A stretch of DNA of 35,212 bases, taken from IMG/VR virus record IMGVR_UViG_3300025289_000016. The stretch is one strand, 5' to 3'. The position numbers were made by a program, and so were the translations under genes. Origin of the DNA: a virus. How positions within the stretch are numbered: the first letter of the stretch is position 1; every line of letters starts with the position of its first letter. Shown here in pieces: positions 18,601-26,657 of this stretch. Under the pieces are notes generated by a model that did not search any database, was not told the origin of the DNA, and saw only the letters and a list, made by a program, of their open reading frames with translations.

Positions 18601-20709
18601 GAAACTGCTTTAAAGGAATTAGAATTTCTGAAAAATAAATTTGGTGAAGAAAAATATAGCCAGATATTAGATTACATAGATAAAATAGTTGAAGCCAGAG
18701 TAAAGAATATAATACCTGTTTTAGAGCAATCTGAAATGTTTACACCAGAACTAATATCAATAATTAAGGATAATAAATATTATGCCACATTTTTACCTCA
18801 TAAATATATAGAGAGAACTTATGGAAAAGGAGTATCCGGGCAGATATTTAAACAGATAGGAACTTTTGAAGATATTATAAATCCCTTTACTGCTCTTATG
18901 ATGAAAGATTTTGTGCTTTTAAAATCTGCTATAACTAAAATGGTTAAAAAGGGTAGCATGGATTGGCTTAAAAATAATGGTTTTCAAGATCAGATCCTTC
19001 TAGCAGAATATAAATTCAATGGCAAAGTTAATGTCCCGATAGAACCAATAAATCCAAAGGTAGGCATGGTATCATATCTACATGAAGGCAAAGTAGAAGC
19101 TTTTTATGTTCCTAAAGAAATTGCTGAAAGTTTTAATAGAAGCCCTCATGAGGCCAGCCTAATTATGCGAACCCTTGAAACGCTAACTGTTCCATTTAAA
19201 GACTTGGTAGTTGGTAAAAATCCACCCTGGGCTATTTGGAATTTATTTTACCGTGATATATCAGCAACAGCAAAACAGTTACCTGATGCAAGCTATTGGA
19301 AGATTTTGAAGCTAGTACCTAAAGCCTTACCTCATGTATGGAAAGATGTAATGAGGGGAGAGTCTACTGAGTTAATGCGTGAAATGTATGAAAAGAGGAT
19401 GCTTACTCCTTTACGATTCTGGAGAGGAAGGGATATACCACCAGAAATAGCTATGGCAAGCGAAATATTAAGTTTAGGAAAACCTAACCCTAATACCCCC
19501 ATATATTATGCAACTCTACCCTTTATAAAGTTATGGAATGCTCTTGATAAGCCCGGTAGAATATCAGAAAGACTTACTAAGGTAGCTGGAAAAATATATT
19601 TAAAAGAAACTATGCCAGGAACCACAGCTCATAGGGTAGGACACCTAATTAGAACTAGAGTAGGAACTCCCGATTTATTGGAAGGTGGAATTAGAACAAG
19701 AACTCTTAATACTCTATTTGTTTTTTCAAACGCTGGTATTCAAGGAATGAGAGCTGCAATTGAGTCTGCAAAAGAAAATCCGCTATCCTATGCATGGAAG
19801 ACTGCAAAATACGATATATTGCCAAAAACGATAATGCAGATAGCAAAATTAGGTTTCTTGGGAACTGGAGTAGCTACTATAATGAGCAAGATTCCAGATA
19901 GAGATATGGAGAATTATGTAGTTTTTCCTCTGGGATTATCTGTAAGTGGTAAGGCAGTATATTTTATTAAGCCACACGATTTCCAGGGACAATTAGTAGG
20001 TGGTATATTTTATAATGTTATGAATTCTAGGAAATTAGAAGATTATCAATCCTTACTTGATTTTGCAAACGGACAAATGCCATATTCTAGCCTAAATCCA
20101 TGGATACAAGTTGGTATTGATTGGTTATATTATATGACAGGTAAAAATCCGTATGATGCATGGAAGGGGAGTTATGTCCTACCCGAAAAAATGTATGAGG
20201 CAGGTGGAAAGGGGGCATTAATAGCAATGCTAAAGCATACTGCTAACTCTATGGGTGGATCATCTATATACAGATTTAGAGGCGATAATCCTCAAGCAAT
20301 TAAAGGTGAATTAGAAAAAATATATAAAGTTCCATTTTTAGAACCTGCATTAAGTAGATTTATTAGAGTGTCTGATTATGGCATACAAGAAAAGGCTAGA
20401 GAAGATATTAAAAAAGTTAGAAAAGATAGAGCCATACAATATTATAAGAATAAATCTATTCTATTAAGATTGATGGAAGGCGAGGAATTAACCCAAGAGG
20501 ATATTTCAACCCTTTCTGAAAGTGTAAATATTGATAATCAATTGATGTCCCTGTTGGTAGCTAAGCATGGTTCAGCTCTTGGAAGAGCATTATTCCATGC
20601 ACATTCCACTGAAGGAAAAGTAGCAATAATACAAGGATTTCAAAAGAGGGAAGAAAAGATAAAAAAGAGAAGTGAATTTTTGGGGGGATTAAAGGAAGCA
20701 TTACAATAA
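15694..20709 (+). CDS. 1671-aa large virion (ejected, polyvalent-type) protein with a zincin HExxH motif
   Basis: Largest gene in the window. Gly/Ala-rich hydrophobic segments at about aa 170-280. LAHEIGHHVEK is encoded at 17848-17880, with DELYADAF about 70 aa downstream. Confidence 0.55.
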   Translation: MNGLPSWESIIKTPDWQQITDEEKNNVFKSYLKNISQLPDWRQLSQPEKFNVTRTMEKQGGLYEEPKRPSIIKELIVPTIKEIPERTISGVKRLGKDISIGARQSFANMYHLLANIPGLEAKIVDKVSAITGLPKSDSFKIAEKYLRDAAERVAPSIEEVKDYDSLLDKFTQGIGALPGTLAEYGPIVALKGPTIGMAVVDALRESDKGLVNSLIGGFRGAITGKGLELISGLGLPPTKKAIATGGLFATEPLAKGEYKEAVTAGGLGIVLGRIGGKETKGIRYDAEAIKKLEAIEKAERYEVSPPEGGKFIDIKKTPEPIKEEIYKTAGEEYYRVDNAKKPFRDSYIYGGPKAKETAEAMARKIATSYNKDQIVYKVDPKEIEKKGGKVTGVWEEGTVVIKTEKEMSPEALTPISEPIKSFTPEQARSIIRLKSLETHPKHTEFVALEISKKLGKEITSKDILKSAKEIEKNNIPADDIQRELVKMAYTDKLNRYAAMSKEQAESEYAKTVVEMRRKAEEIPIERDILKLSESHKKTLNMVRNDIIQGEAGKKVTNEEGKFISIPSTFPKYFQDKGYLKKETLKTIDKALRDEPLTQKQQAIIQDLNSGKRQEILEQYKFYKEGGVPGGISAIADMGDYALREMELPAKPFIPQKSILPISELPEIVELSAKISKGEVPTIVSKLRAGMGKALGQYREGKTYLKAETAKTPEVAKKTLAHEIGHHVEKLPQDYQILGKAIKWTSDISSPLLKKQIMDELKVVSQIWKPFNEAENIRFTRYRYSPDELYADAFSVLINEPSLLLEKAPIFVDNFFKNIDKKPEFKKAYENIQDRLTNENTIIESRHNELTKMMQEGTKALFESPEKGINVWEAIKREFITKNGGIIDAIKRVERKTGQKISNEENPLYLIEEMPYISGQFYQHLRDITNNILNPALKNKISIDDVGMVEFANRVIHERSNIFNPKGHTPETALKELEFLKNKFGEEKYSQILDYIDKIVEARVKNIIPVLEQSEMFTPELISIIKDNKYYATFLPHKYIERTYGKGVSGQIFKQIGTFEDIINPFTALMMKDFVLLKSAITKMVKKGSMDWLKNNGFQDQILLAEYKFNGKVNVPIEPINPKVGMVSYLHEGKVEAFYVPKEIAESFNRSPHEASLIMRTLETLTVPFKDLVVGKNPPWAIWNLFYRDISATAKQLPDASYWKILKLVPKALPHVWKDVMRGESTELMREMYEKRMLTPLRFWRGRDIPPEIAMASEILSLGKPNPNTPIYYATLPFIKLWNALDKPGRISERLTKVAGKIYLKETMPGTTAHRVGHLIRTRVGTPDLLEGGIRTRTLNTLFVFSNAGIQGMRAAIESAKENPLSYAWKTAKYDILPKTIMQIAKLGFLGTGVATIMSKIPDRDMENYVVFPLGLSVSGKAVYFIKPHDFQGQLVGGIFYNVMNSRKLEDYQSLLDFANGQMPYSSLNPWIQVGIDWLYYMTGKNPYDAWKGSYVLPEKMYEAGGKGALIAMLKHTANSMGGSSIYRFRGDNPQAIKGELEKIYKVPFLEPALSRFIRVSDYGIQEKAREDIKKVRKDRAIQYYKNKSILLRLMEGEELTQEDISTLSESVNIDNQLMSLLVAKHGSALGRALFHAHSTEGKVAIIQGFQKREEKIKKRSEFLGGLKEALQ

Positions 20710-20727
20710 AAATTAAAGGAGAATAAA

Positions 20728-21186
20728 ATGGGCATAATAAGTTTAGACATTTTCAAGGGTTTATTTGGTGATAAAGGTTTAGCTGGCGGGGTTGTTGATG
20801 TTCTTCAAAAAACGGGTATATTAAAAGACAATGAGATGATAGAGAAGACAGCAAAAGCCTTACAGGATTATGAACTTTCTCTCAAGGGTAAACAAAACGA
20901 ATTAGAGCAAATTCTATCAGAAGATAGAAAATCTGCCAGGGAAAGAGAAATTGCAACAAAAGATAAAACTCCTCGCAATTTAGCAATAATTGCAATCACT
21001 GGATTTTTTGGTATTCTAATCACTTTAATTTTTGTTACAGTTCCTCCTACAGCCAAAGATGCATTATTGATAATGTTGGGAACGCTTGCAGGTATGGTTA
21101 CTAGTGTAGTTCAATATTATTTTGGAAGTTCATCTGGTTCTTCACAGAAAAATCAGATGATAGATAGACTCTTGAAAGAAAAGTAA
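20728..21186 (+). CDS. holin (3-TM, GTA-holin-like)
   Basis: The charged N-terminal part with SEDRKSAREREIA is followed by hydrophobic segments (LAIIAITGFFGILITLIFV, ALLIMLGTLAGMV). It lies upstream of the endolysin. Confidence 0.5.
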   Translation: MGIISLDIFKGLFGDKGLAGGVVDVLQKTGILKDNEMIEKTAKALQDYELSLKGKQNELEQILSEDRKSAREREIATKDKTPRNLAIIAITGFFGILITLIFVTVPPTAKDALLIMLGTLAGMVTSVVQYYFGSSSGSSQKNQMIDRLLKEK

Positions 21187-21245
21187 AATATTAAGGGTAG
21201 AATTTTTAGAAATGGTGAATGGGTTACATTTAAAATCTTTTGGAA

Positions 21246-21259
21246 TTTTATTCTAAATT
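21246..21259 (-). promoter_or_regulatory. Inverted 14-nt half-copy (AATTTAGAATAAAA on the - strand) of the conserved cassette
   Basis: The + strand reads TTTTATTCTAAATT in the 97-nt gap after the holin gene. Confidence 0.5.
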
Positions 21260-21282
21260 TTGGGTATGGAAGGATAGAGGAT

Positions 21283-21519
21283 ATGAAAGAGATATTTATG
21301 AGGGCGCACATTAAAGCATTGTTGGAGAATTCAAATAGTAGTGCAAAAGAATTTTCACCGACAGAGCCATGTTCTATTGAATGGAATACAATGTGTTATA
21401 AATGTAAAAAAACTAATGCAATTCTTCTTCAATGTTTTGAGGATGGGAACCCAACAGAGAAATTCATATGTCAGGAATGTTTGGACAATAGGAAAAAAAA
21501 TGAACCCAGAAAAAAATAA
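21283..21519 (+). CDS. small zinc-ribbon protein
   Basis: CYKC...CQEC pattern. Overlaps the endolysin start by 20 nt. Confidence 0.4.
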   Translation: MKEIFMRAHIKALLENSNSSAKEFSPTEPCSIEWNTMCYKCKKTNAILLQCFEDGNPTEKFICQECLDNRKKNEPRKK

Positions 21520-22054
21520 ATATCTAAAAATTAAACCAAGCTGTTTTAGAACACCTATTACCGATACTGTTATAGCCCGATTAGAACATTATTTTGAAAA
21601 GTATAAGCATTATGTCTGGGTAACATCTGTAAGGCGGGATTCACAGGGGCAATTAAATGTAATTAGAGATTATGCAGAGAAAAAAGGAATAGACAAAGAA
21701 TTTTCAGAGATAAAAACTTGTCAATTTAACGATACAATAATGTATGAAGGAAGAGAAATATACTCCTGGCAAAGAACATGGTCAAAACTATTAAGTGTTG
21801 GAATACTTATAAATCCACCTATGCCCGCAGAGGTTTTGTTTGATTATATCAGATATGGGGTGAATAAAAAGGGTGAAACAATACAACCATCCTCACATTT
21901 CTATGGAAAGGCATTTGATATTGGGGGAGGGACAAATTTAATAAATGACGAGGTAGAAATTGTTTCAGAAGCGATAAGTGATGATAGTGGATTAGGAATT
22001 AAGAATATAGTTATAGAAAGAGAGAATAATTGTTTGCATGTGAATTGTTTATAA
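21500..22054 (+). CDS. endolysin, peptidase M15 (VanY / D-Ala-D-Ala carboxypeptidase-like) fold
   Basis: In-frame ATG at 21500. VTSVRRD...SSHFYGKAFDI...NCLHVN matches the (S)xxR...SxHxxGxAxD...H zinc-ligand pattern of M15 peptidases. Confidence 0.6.
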   Translation: MNPEKNKYLKIKPSCFRTPITDTVIARLEHYFEKYKHYVWVTSVRRDSQGQLNVIRDYAEKKGIDKEFSEIKTCQFNDTIMYEGREIYSWQRTWSKLLSVGILINPPMPAEVLFDYIRYGVNKKGETIQPSSHFYGKAFDIGGGTNLINDEVEIVSEAISDDSGLGIKNIVIERENNCLHVNCL

Positions 22055-22061
22055 TTATAAT

Positions 22062-22364
22062 ATGGACATAAAAAATATTATAGAGTTAATTATTTTGGGA
22101 GTTGTTATGTTATCTGGAGTTTTTGCAATTTTTAATTTTTCTGAGAAAATTAAAGAAATAAGAAATTCGACTGTTAATAGAGAGGTTTTTGAACTTAATG
22201 CCCTTCACACAGTCAACAACATGGAGAAGATATATAAGCACCTTGAGAAAATAGATGTTAAAATAGATACAAATCAAAAAACAACAGATGATAATTTTAA
22301 GGCTATTCAGAAAACAGTAGACGACAACTTTAAGCATATAATTTCAGAACTTATAAAAAAATAA
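22062..22364 (+). CDS. membrane-anchored protein (spanin / lysis accessory candidate)
   Basis: N-terminal TM segment (IIELIILGVVMLSGVFAIF) followed by a coiled-coil-like tail. Lies after the endolysin. Confidence 0.4.
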   Translation: MDIKNIIELIILGVVMLSGVFAIFNFSEKIKEIRNSTVNREVFELNALHTVNNMEKIYKHLEKIDVKIDTNQKTTDDNFKAIQKTVDDNFKHIISELIKK

Positions 22365-22377
22365 AGAGAGAATTATT

Positions 22378-22536
22378 ATGCCTTACGCAGTACATAAACA
22401 CGGTAACAGATGGGCAATAATTAATAAAAAAACAAAGGAAATTGTAGGTTTTTCTGATACAAAAGGTAAAGCAAAATCCAGCGTCCGGGCTCGGATGGGT
22501 GCAGAGCATGGATGGAAACCTACAAGAAGAAAGTAA
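22378..22536 (+). CDS. 52-aa basic protein (not in the ORF track)
   Basis: ATG preceded by AGAGAG. MPYAVHKHGNRWAIINKKTKEIVGFSDTKGKAKSSVRARMG resembles a small conserved phage protein type. Confidence 0.4.
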   Translation: MPYAVHKHGNRWAIINKKTKEIVGFSDTKGKAKSSVRARMGAEHGWKPTRRK

Positions 22537-22556
22537 TGGAAAAATAAGAGAAATAG

Positions 22557-22793
22557 CTACATATACTCCTTTTTTTCTGGTAATAAATCACTGATAGAAA
22601 TTTCTAATTTATTAGCCAACACATAAAGTTTTTCTACAGTAATATTTTTCCTTTTCTTTTCCATAATGCTAATAGCCTGCCTACTGACCCCAAGCACATC
22701 AGCCAATTCTTGTAGTGTATATCTTTTTTTCTTTCTCCAGTAACGTAAAGTAGCAGGAAAGGAAGAAGGCAATCTTATCTTTTTTCTCTTCAT
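22557..22793 (-). CDS. XRE-family helix-turn-helix repressor (CI/Cro-like)
   Basis: YTLQELADVLGVSRQAISIMEKKRKNITVEKLYVLANKLEISISDLL is a canonical HTH_3 pattern. It is divergent from the early genes and has no SD (see promoter 22801..22829). Confidence 0.75.
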   Translation of the reverse strand: MKRKKIRLPSSFPATLRYWRKKKRYTLQELADVLGVSRQAISIMEKKRKNITVEKLYVLANKLEISISDLLPEKKEYM

Positions 22794-22800
22794 AAATATT

Positions 22801-22829
22801 TACTTAACATACTAAAAATCAAATGTCAA
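22801..22829 (-). promoter_or_regulatory. Promoter for the repressor gene: -35 TTGACA, 17-nt spacer, -10 TAAGTA; predicted near-leaderless transcript
   Basis: The - strand reads CTTGACATTTGATTTTTAGTATGTTAAGTAAATATTTATG. The -10 ends 7 nt before the ATG. It shares a 17-nt core with 34031-34047 and 34073-34089. Confidence 0.45.
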
Positions 22830-22943
22830 GAAAAATCTTTGACAAATGTAAAAAATAACTTGACAAGTAATTTTGGATATGATGAAATAGAAAAGAAAGG
22901 AGGATAAAATGGAAAATACAAAAAATGAAAGGGAGTGGAAAAA

Positions 22944-23150
22944 ATGAGAAAAGTATATTCTATGGAGATAGAAGAAAGCATAATGGAAGATATGGTGAGG
23001 TTGCATGGAAAAAGAGAGAGGATGTATACAGAACATCCTGAGTCTCTTGATAGATATATTGAAACCGCATTGTATCTATTTATAGGGATTGTAACTTATC
23101 AAGAATTCATTAGATACAAGACAATTGGCACATTTGAAAAAGATAATTAA
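22944..23150 (+). CDS. small early protein
   Basis: ATG 22944 overlaps (ATGA) the stop of a 12-codon upstream ORF that has a strong AAGGAGGA SD. The track start is GTG 22935. Confidence 0.4.
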   Translation: MRKVYSMEIEESIMEDMVRLHGKRERMYTEHPESLDRYIETALYLFIGIVTYQEFIRYKTIGTFEKDN

Positions 23151-23176
23151 CCAAAAACTAGAAAAAGGAGAATAAT

Positions 23177-24115
23177 ATGGAAGATACAAAAATAGCATTA
23201 GTAAAGCATGAAGAAATGCCCTTGACGGCGGTGGAGATAAGGGAGCAGGTTAATCTCATTCAAGAAGTAATGAAGGCAGTAATGAAAGGGGGACAACATT
23301 ATGGGATCATACCTGGATGTGGAGACAAACCCGCACTATTTAAATCTGGAGCGGAGAAGATTATGATGACTTTCAGATTGTCAGCAGATCCTCAAGTAGA
23401 AGATTTATCTACTGTTGATATAATCCGTTATCGGGTTAAGTGTAATATGCTTACTCAATCAGGGATTTTTAAGGGAGCTGGGATTGGGGAATGTTCGTCA
23501 GAAGAAGAAAAATATAAATGGCGGACTGCTATATCAGAGGCCGAGTGGAATGAAACTTTAGAAACACAAAAAAGACTAAAATATAAAAAAGATGGTGAGA
23601 TAAAGCAGGTAAGGACTAATCCTTACGATCTCGCAAATACCATTCTGAAAATGGCAAAGAAAAGGGCACTCATAGATGGCATTCTCACAGTAGTGGGTGC
23701 ATCTGATATATTCACTCAAGATATAGAAGATATGTCTGATGAAAATATAAGCCATGATAAATCTCCCATTCAACCTCCACAGGCAAAACCACAAACAAGT
23801 CAACCAGCAGAAAAAACGAAACAAGAAACAGCTACAGAAAACAAGTTAATTATCACATATATTAAAGATGTAACAGAAAAAACAGGTCAAAAAGATAATA
23901 AGCCCTGGAAGAAATATACTATTTTAGGAAGTGGTATTAACGATGAGTATAATACCTTTTCTGAAAATATTGCCATGGAGGCTCAAAGAGCTTTAGAAAT
24001 AGGTTTGCAAGCGAAAATTGAATATAAAGTAGGGAAATATGGAAATGATATAATATCTCTGGAAGTTATAGAACCGACGGATAAAGAATTAAAAAGTAAG
24101 GGTATTCCATATTGA
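23177..24115 (+). CDS. single-strand annealing (recombination) protein, RecT/Erf/Rad52-like; family unresolved
   Basis: The NTILKMAKKRALIDGILTVVGASDIF segment resembles the conserved helix of phage annealases. It neighbours a nuclease, and SSB is nearby. Confidence 0.5.
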   Translation: MEDTKIALVKHEEMPLTAVEIREQVNLIQEVMKAVMKGGQHYGIIPGCGDKPALFKSGAEKIMMTFRLSADPQVEDLSTVDIIRYRVKCNMLTQSGIFKGAGIGECSSEEEKYKWRTAISEAEWNETLETQKRLKYKKDGEIKQVRTNPYDLANTILKMAKKRALIDGILTVVGASDIFTQDIEDMSDENISHDKSPIQPPQAKPQTSQPAEKTKQETATENKLIITYIKDVTEKTGQKDNKPWKKYTILGSGINDEYNTFSENIAMEAQRALEIGLQAKIEYKVGKYGNDIISLEVIEPTDKELKSKGIPY

Positions 24116-24138
24116 TGTAACATAAAAGGAGAAATAAA

Positions 24139-24291
24139 ATGGACGAGAGAGAAAAACAAGACGATTTAGATAGAATCTGGGTCTGTCTAGATAAAATCTT
24201 TAACGAGACAATGTCTATTGATGAAAAAAGGAGAGATAGAGTGATTTATTTCATCAACAAGATAAAGGGCTTAATAGACGATTTAAGATAA
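24139..24291 (+). CDS. 50-aa hypothetical protein (not in the ORF track)
   Basis: AAAGGAGAAATAAAATG start context; fills the gap exactly. Confidence 0.35.
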   Translation: MDEREKQDDLDRIWVCLDKIFNETMSIDEKRRDRVIYFINKIKGLIDDLR

Positions 24292-24296
24292 TTAAA

Positions 24297-24557
24297 ATGT
24301 TTAAATTTATCAAAGAGACACATAAATATTCCTATAATGATATTGAAATTCCAGGTGTAACTTCTATATTGCCTTATAATTTTTTTGGCAACGATACGGA
24401 ATATAATAGAATTAGAGGACAATATGTTCATCAAATGATATATCTTTATAACATGAAAGTTTTAGACGAGAAAATACTTGATCCTGTGTTGAAAACATAT
24501 CTTGTCGCCTATGAGAAATTTATAAAGGATTTTAAACTATCATATGATAATTATTGA
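24297..24557 (+). CDS. PD-(D/E)XK (Cas4/RecB-like) exonuclease, N-terminal fragment
   Basis: HKYSYNDIEIPGVTSIL and GQYVHQMI match the HxY..G...PSVT.IL / G..vH start of phage PD-(D/E)XK exonucleases. The ORF ends in a frame break. Confidence 0.5.
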   Translation: MFKFIKETHKYSYNDIEIPGVTSILPYNFFGNDTEYNRIRGQYVHQMIYLYNMKVLDEKILDPVLKTYLVAYEKFIKDFKLSYDNY

Positions 24558-24924
24558 TATTAAAAGCGGTTCAAAAAATCCTTGCACGGAACTTCAACTA
24601 GCTGGATATTCCCTACTAGTAAAAGAAGGCATAGATGAGCAGGGTAATAAATTTATTGAAAGACAAAATAAAACTGCTTTTGAAATCACTCTTTTCCATC
24701 CAATATATTTTTATGGAGGCACGATAGATATAGTATATGATGATGGTAAATCTACAATAACCTGTTATGCCCTATATCTCAATGAAGATAGCACATATAA
24801 ATTGGATGATCACACAGAAAAATTAAGACATAATCAACAAGTTTTCTTGAGTTTTTTAACAGTCAATAATTGGAAAAAAGAGAAGGGAGTCTTAAATGGA
24901 AAAAATAACATCAGAAGCAATTAG
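24544..24924 (+). CDS. PD-(D/E)XK exonuclease, C-terminal fragment (+1 frame relative to 24297..24557)
   Basis: IIDIKSG...LQLAGY (DxK and QLxxY motifs) and, downstream, YGGTIDIV (GxxD motif). Confidence 0.5.
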   Translation: MIIIDIKSGSKNPCTELQLAGYSLLVKEGIDEQGNKFIERQNKTAFEITLFHPIYFYGGTIDIVYDDGKSTITCYALYLNEDSTYKLDDHTEKLRHNQQVFLSFLTVNNWKKEKGVLNGKNNIRSN

Positions 24925-25549
24925 TAAGGCATTAACAGTTCCAGAGGCAGCAAGGGCAATCTTGATTATTAATAATATTACTTATCAGCAAGCTTGTAAC
25001 ATATTATTAGTAATTAAGGATTTGAGAAAGGAAATTGAAAATGTCTTTAAACCGATGAAAAGGAAAATGGATGAGGCAAAAAAAGAAATATTAGAGCAGG
25101 AGAGAAAAGCCGATATACCTTTACAGGAAGCAGAGGCATTTTTAAAACCACAAATTAGTAAATATCTTGCTGAGCAGGAACGAATTAAAAGAGAAGAAGA
25201 AGAACGATTAAGAGAAATAGCCCATAAACGAGAAGAAGAAGAACGATTAAGAGAAGCCCTAATATTGGAAACAGAAGGCAATAAAAAAGAGGCAGATGAG
25301 TTACTCGCTGAACCTCTCTATGTTGCCCCTATAATATTAACAGATTTCACGCCAAAGGTAGCAGGTATATCAATGCAAAAGAGATGGACATTTAGAATTG
25401 TGGATGTTACAAAAATCCCTCCCCAATATCTTATCCCCAATGAGATAGCAATTGGGCAAGTAGCCCGAGCATTAAAAGATAAAGCAAATATTCCAGGTAT
25501 TGAAATTTATAGTGAAGATATTGTGATGGCGGGAAGGAGACAAATATGA
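24896..25549 (+). CDS. coiled-coil early protein (Gp157-like?)
   Basis: E/K/R-rich central coil with a duplicated REEEERLRE. The C-terminal region reads KVAGISMQKRWTFRIVDVTKIP. Confidence 0.35.
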   Translation: MEKITSEAISKALTVPEAARAILIINNITYQQACNILLVIKDLRKEIENVFKPMKRKMDEAKKEILEQERKADIPLQEAEAFLKPQISKYLAEQERIKREEEERLREIAHKREEEERLREALILETEGNKKEADELLAEPLYVAPIILTDFTPKVAGISMQKRWTFRIVDVTKIPPQYLIPNEIAIGQVARALKDKANIPGIEIYSEDIVMAGRRQI

Positions 25550-25794
25550 GATTTACAAAAAGTCAAAAAGAAGGGCTATTAAAGAGATTTGACTACTCAA
25601 ACAGAGTATTAGATACAAGTAGGGGTCATTGTATAGCGTGTGATAGGACTATCTATGATTATTATAAATTGGAGGGAGCTTGTCTGTTATGTCTAAAATA
25701 TACTAAAAGCTTTTGTGAAGTATGTATGACCACACACCAAGCAGAGCTCCAAAATATACGCAATGCAATCCAAGATGCTGAGGAGATGATATAA
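25546..25794 (+). CDS. small Cys-rich (zinc-binding) protein
   Basis: CIAC...CLLC...CEVC pattern. ATGA overlap with the upstream gene. Confidence 0.4.
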   Translation: MRFTKSQKEGLLKRFDYSNRVLDTSRGHCIACDRTIYDYYKLEGACLLCLKYTKSFCEVCMTTHQAELQNIRNAIQDAEEMI

Positions 25795-25851
25795 TTAAAA
25801 ATACAAAAAGCAAACGAATTAAAAATTGACTCAAAGAGAAAGGAGAATAAA

Positions 25852-26202
25852 ATGGATTCAATGAATGTCTATTATGAAGATGTTAAAGTTAAAGAAGTCC
25901 AAAAGTTTATGGGAATAGCAAGGAAAGTTTTCAATGTTATAACTTTCTTAATTGTTTCATCTCTGGCTATTTATTATTACCTTGCTTATTCAGATTTAGT
26001 TTCTCAAAATCAACAATACCTCGCAGAGATAAAAAACTTACAAGAAACATCACAAAGTCTTTATAATAATAATGAAAAAGCAAAACTGATAATTGGGGAT
26101 TATGATGGGCTAACAAATAAGTTGGTAGCTGAGATTAAGAGATTAGTTATCTACCAAAAAAACTTGGAAACAAAAATCAAAAAAATGGAGGGTAAAAAAT
26201 GA
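25852..26202 (+). CDS. membrane-anchored coiled-coil protein
   Basis: TM segment VITFLIVSSLAIYYYLAY. AAAGGAGAATAAAATG start cassette. Confidence 0.4.
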   Translation: MDSMNVYYEDVKVKEVQKFMGIARKVFNVITFLIVSSLAIYYYLAYSDLVSQNQQYLAEIKNLQETSQSLYNNNEKAKLIIGDYDGLTNKLVAEIKRLVIYQKNLETKIKKMEGKK

Positions 26203-26657
26203 ATGAAAGAAATAAAATGGTATATACAAATAAAGAAATAGAATCATATATATTGAGTCAAGGAATTAAAAATGACATAGAATATATTATTATTAATTGT
26301 AGGGGGAATCACCCTTGTTGTTATTTGGGAATTCCTATAGATCATCCATTAACTAAAATAAGTTATAATGATATTCCTTTAATATGTCATGGGGGTTTGA
26401 CTTACGGAGGAATAGGAGGATATTATCCTAAAGATTTGCTTCCGCCTGAAAAGTATTGGTTAGGATGGGACTATGGTCATTCTGGGGACTATGATAGATA
26501 TTCATCTCAATTCAATTCTTTTTTTGCTTCTGAAAAATATTTACCTTTGGAAGGTAAAAAATGGGTGCTGAGTGAACTTGAAGATGAAGTTTGGGAAGTG
26601 TCATATTGGTTGAGAAAATTACTAAAATTACTTTCTAAGATAGAGGAGAACAAATAG
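26199..26657 (+). CDS. hypothetical protein
   Basis: ATGA overlap with the upstream gene. HGGLTYGG...WLGWDYGHSGD pattern recurs in phage proteins of unknown function. Confidence 0.45.
   Translation: MNERNKMVYTNKEIESYILSQGIKNDIEYIIINCRGNHPCCYLGIPIDHPLTKISYNDIPLICHGGLTYGGIGGYYPKDLLPPEKYWLGWDYGHSGDYDRYSSQFNSFFASEKYLPLEGKKWVLSELEDEVWEVSYWLRKLLKLLSKIEENK

Noticed and set aside
22812-23036. ORFs 22812..23036 (-), 27484..27714 (-), 29160..29354 (+), 29355..29555 (+), 30477..30674 (+), 31582..31788 (+), 32576..32863 (+)
   Set aside because: These are shadow frames of better-supported genes or of promoter regions. They are hydrophobic or low-complexity with no SD.
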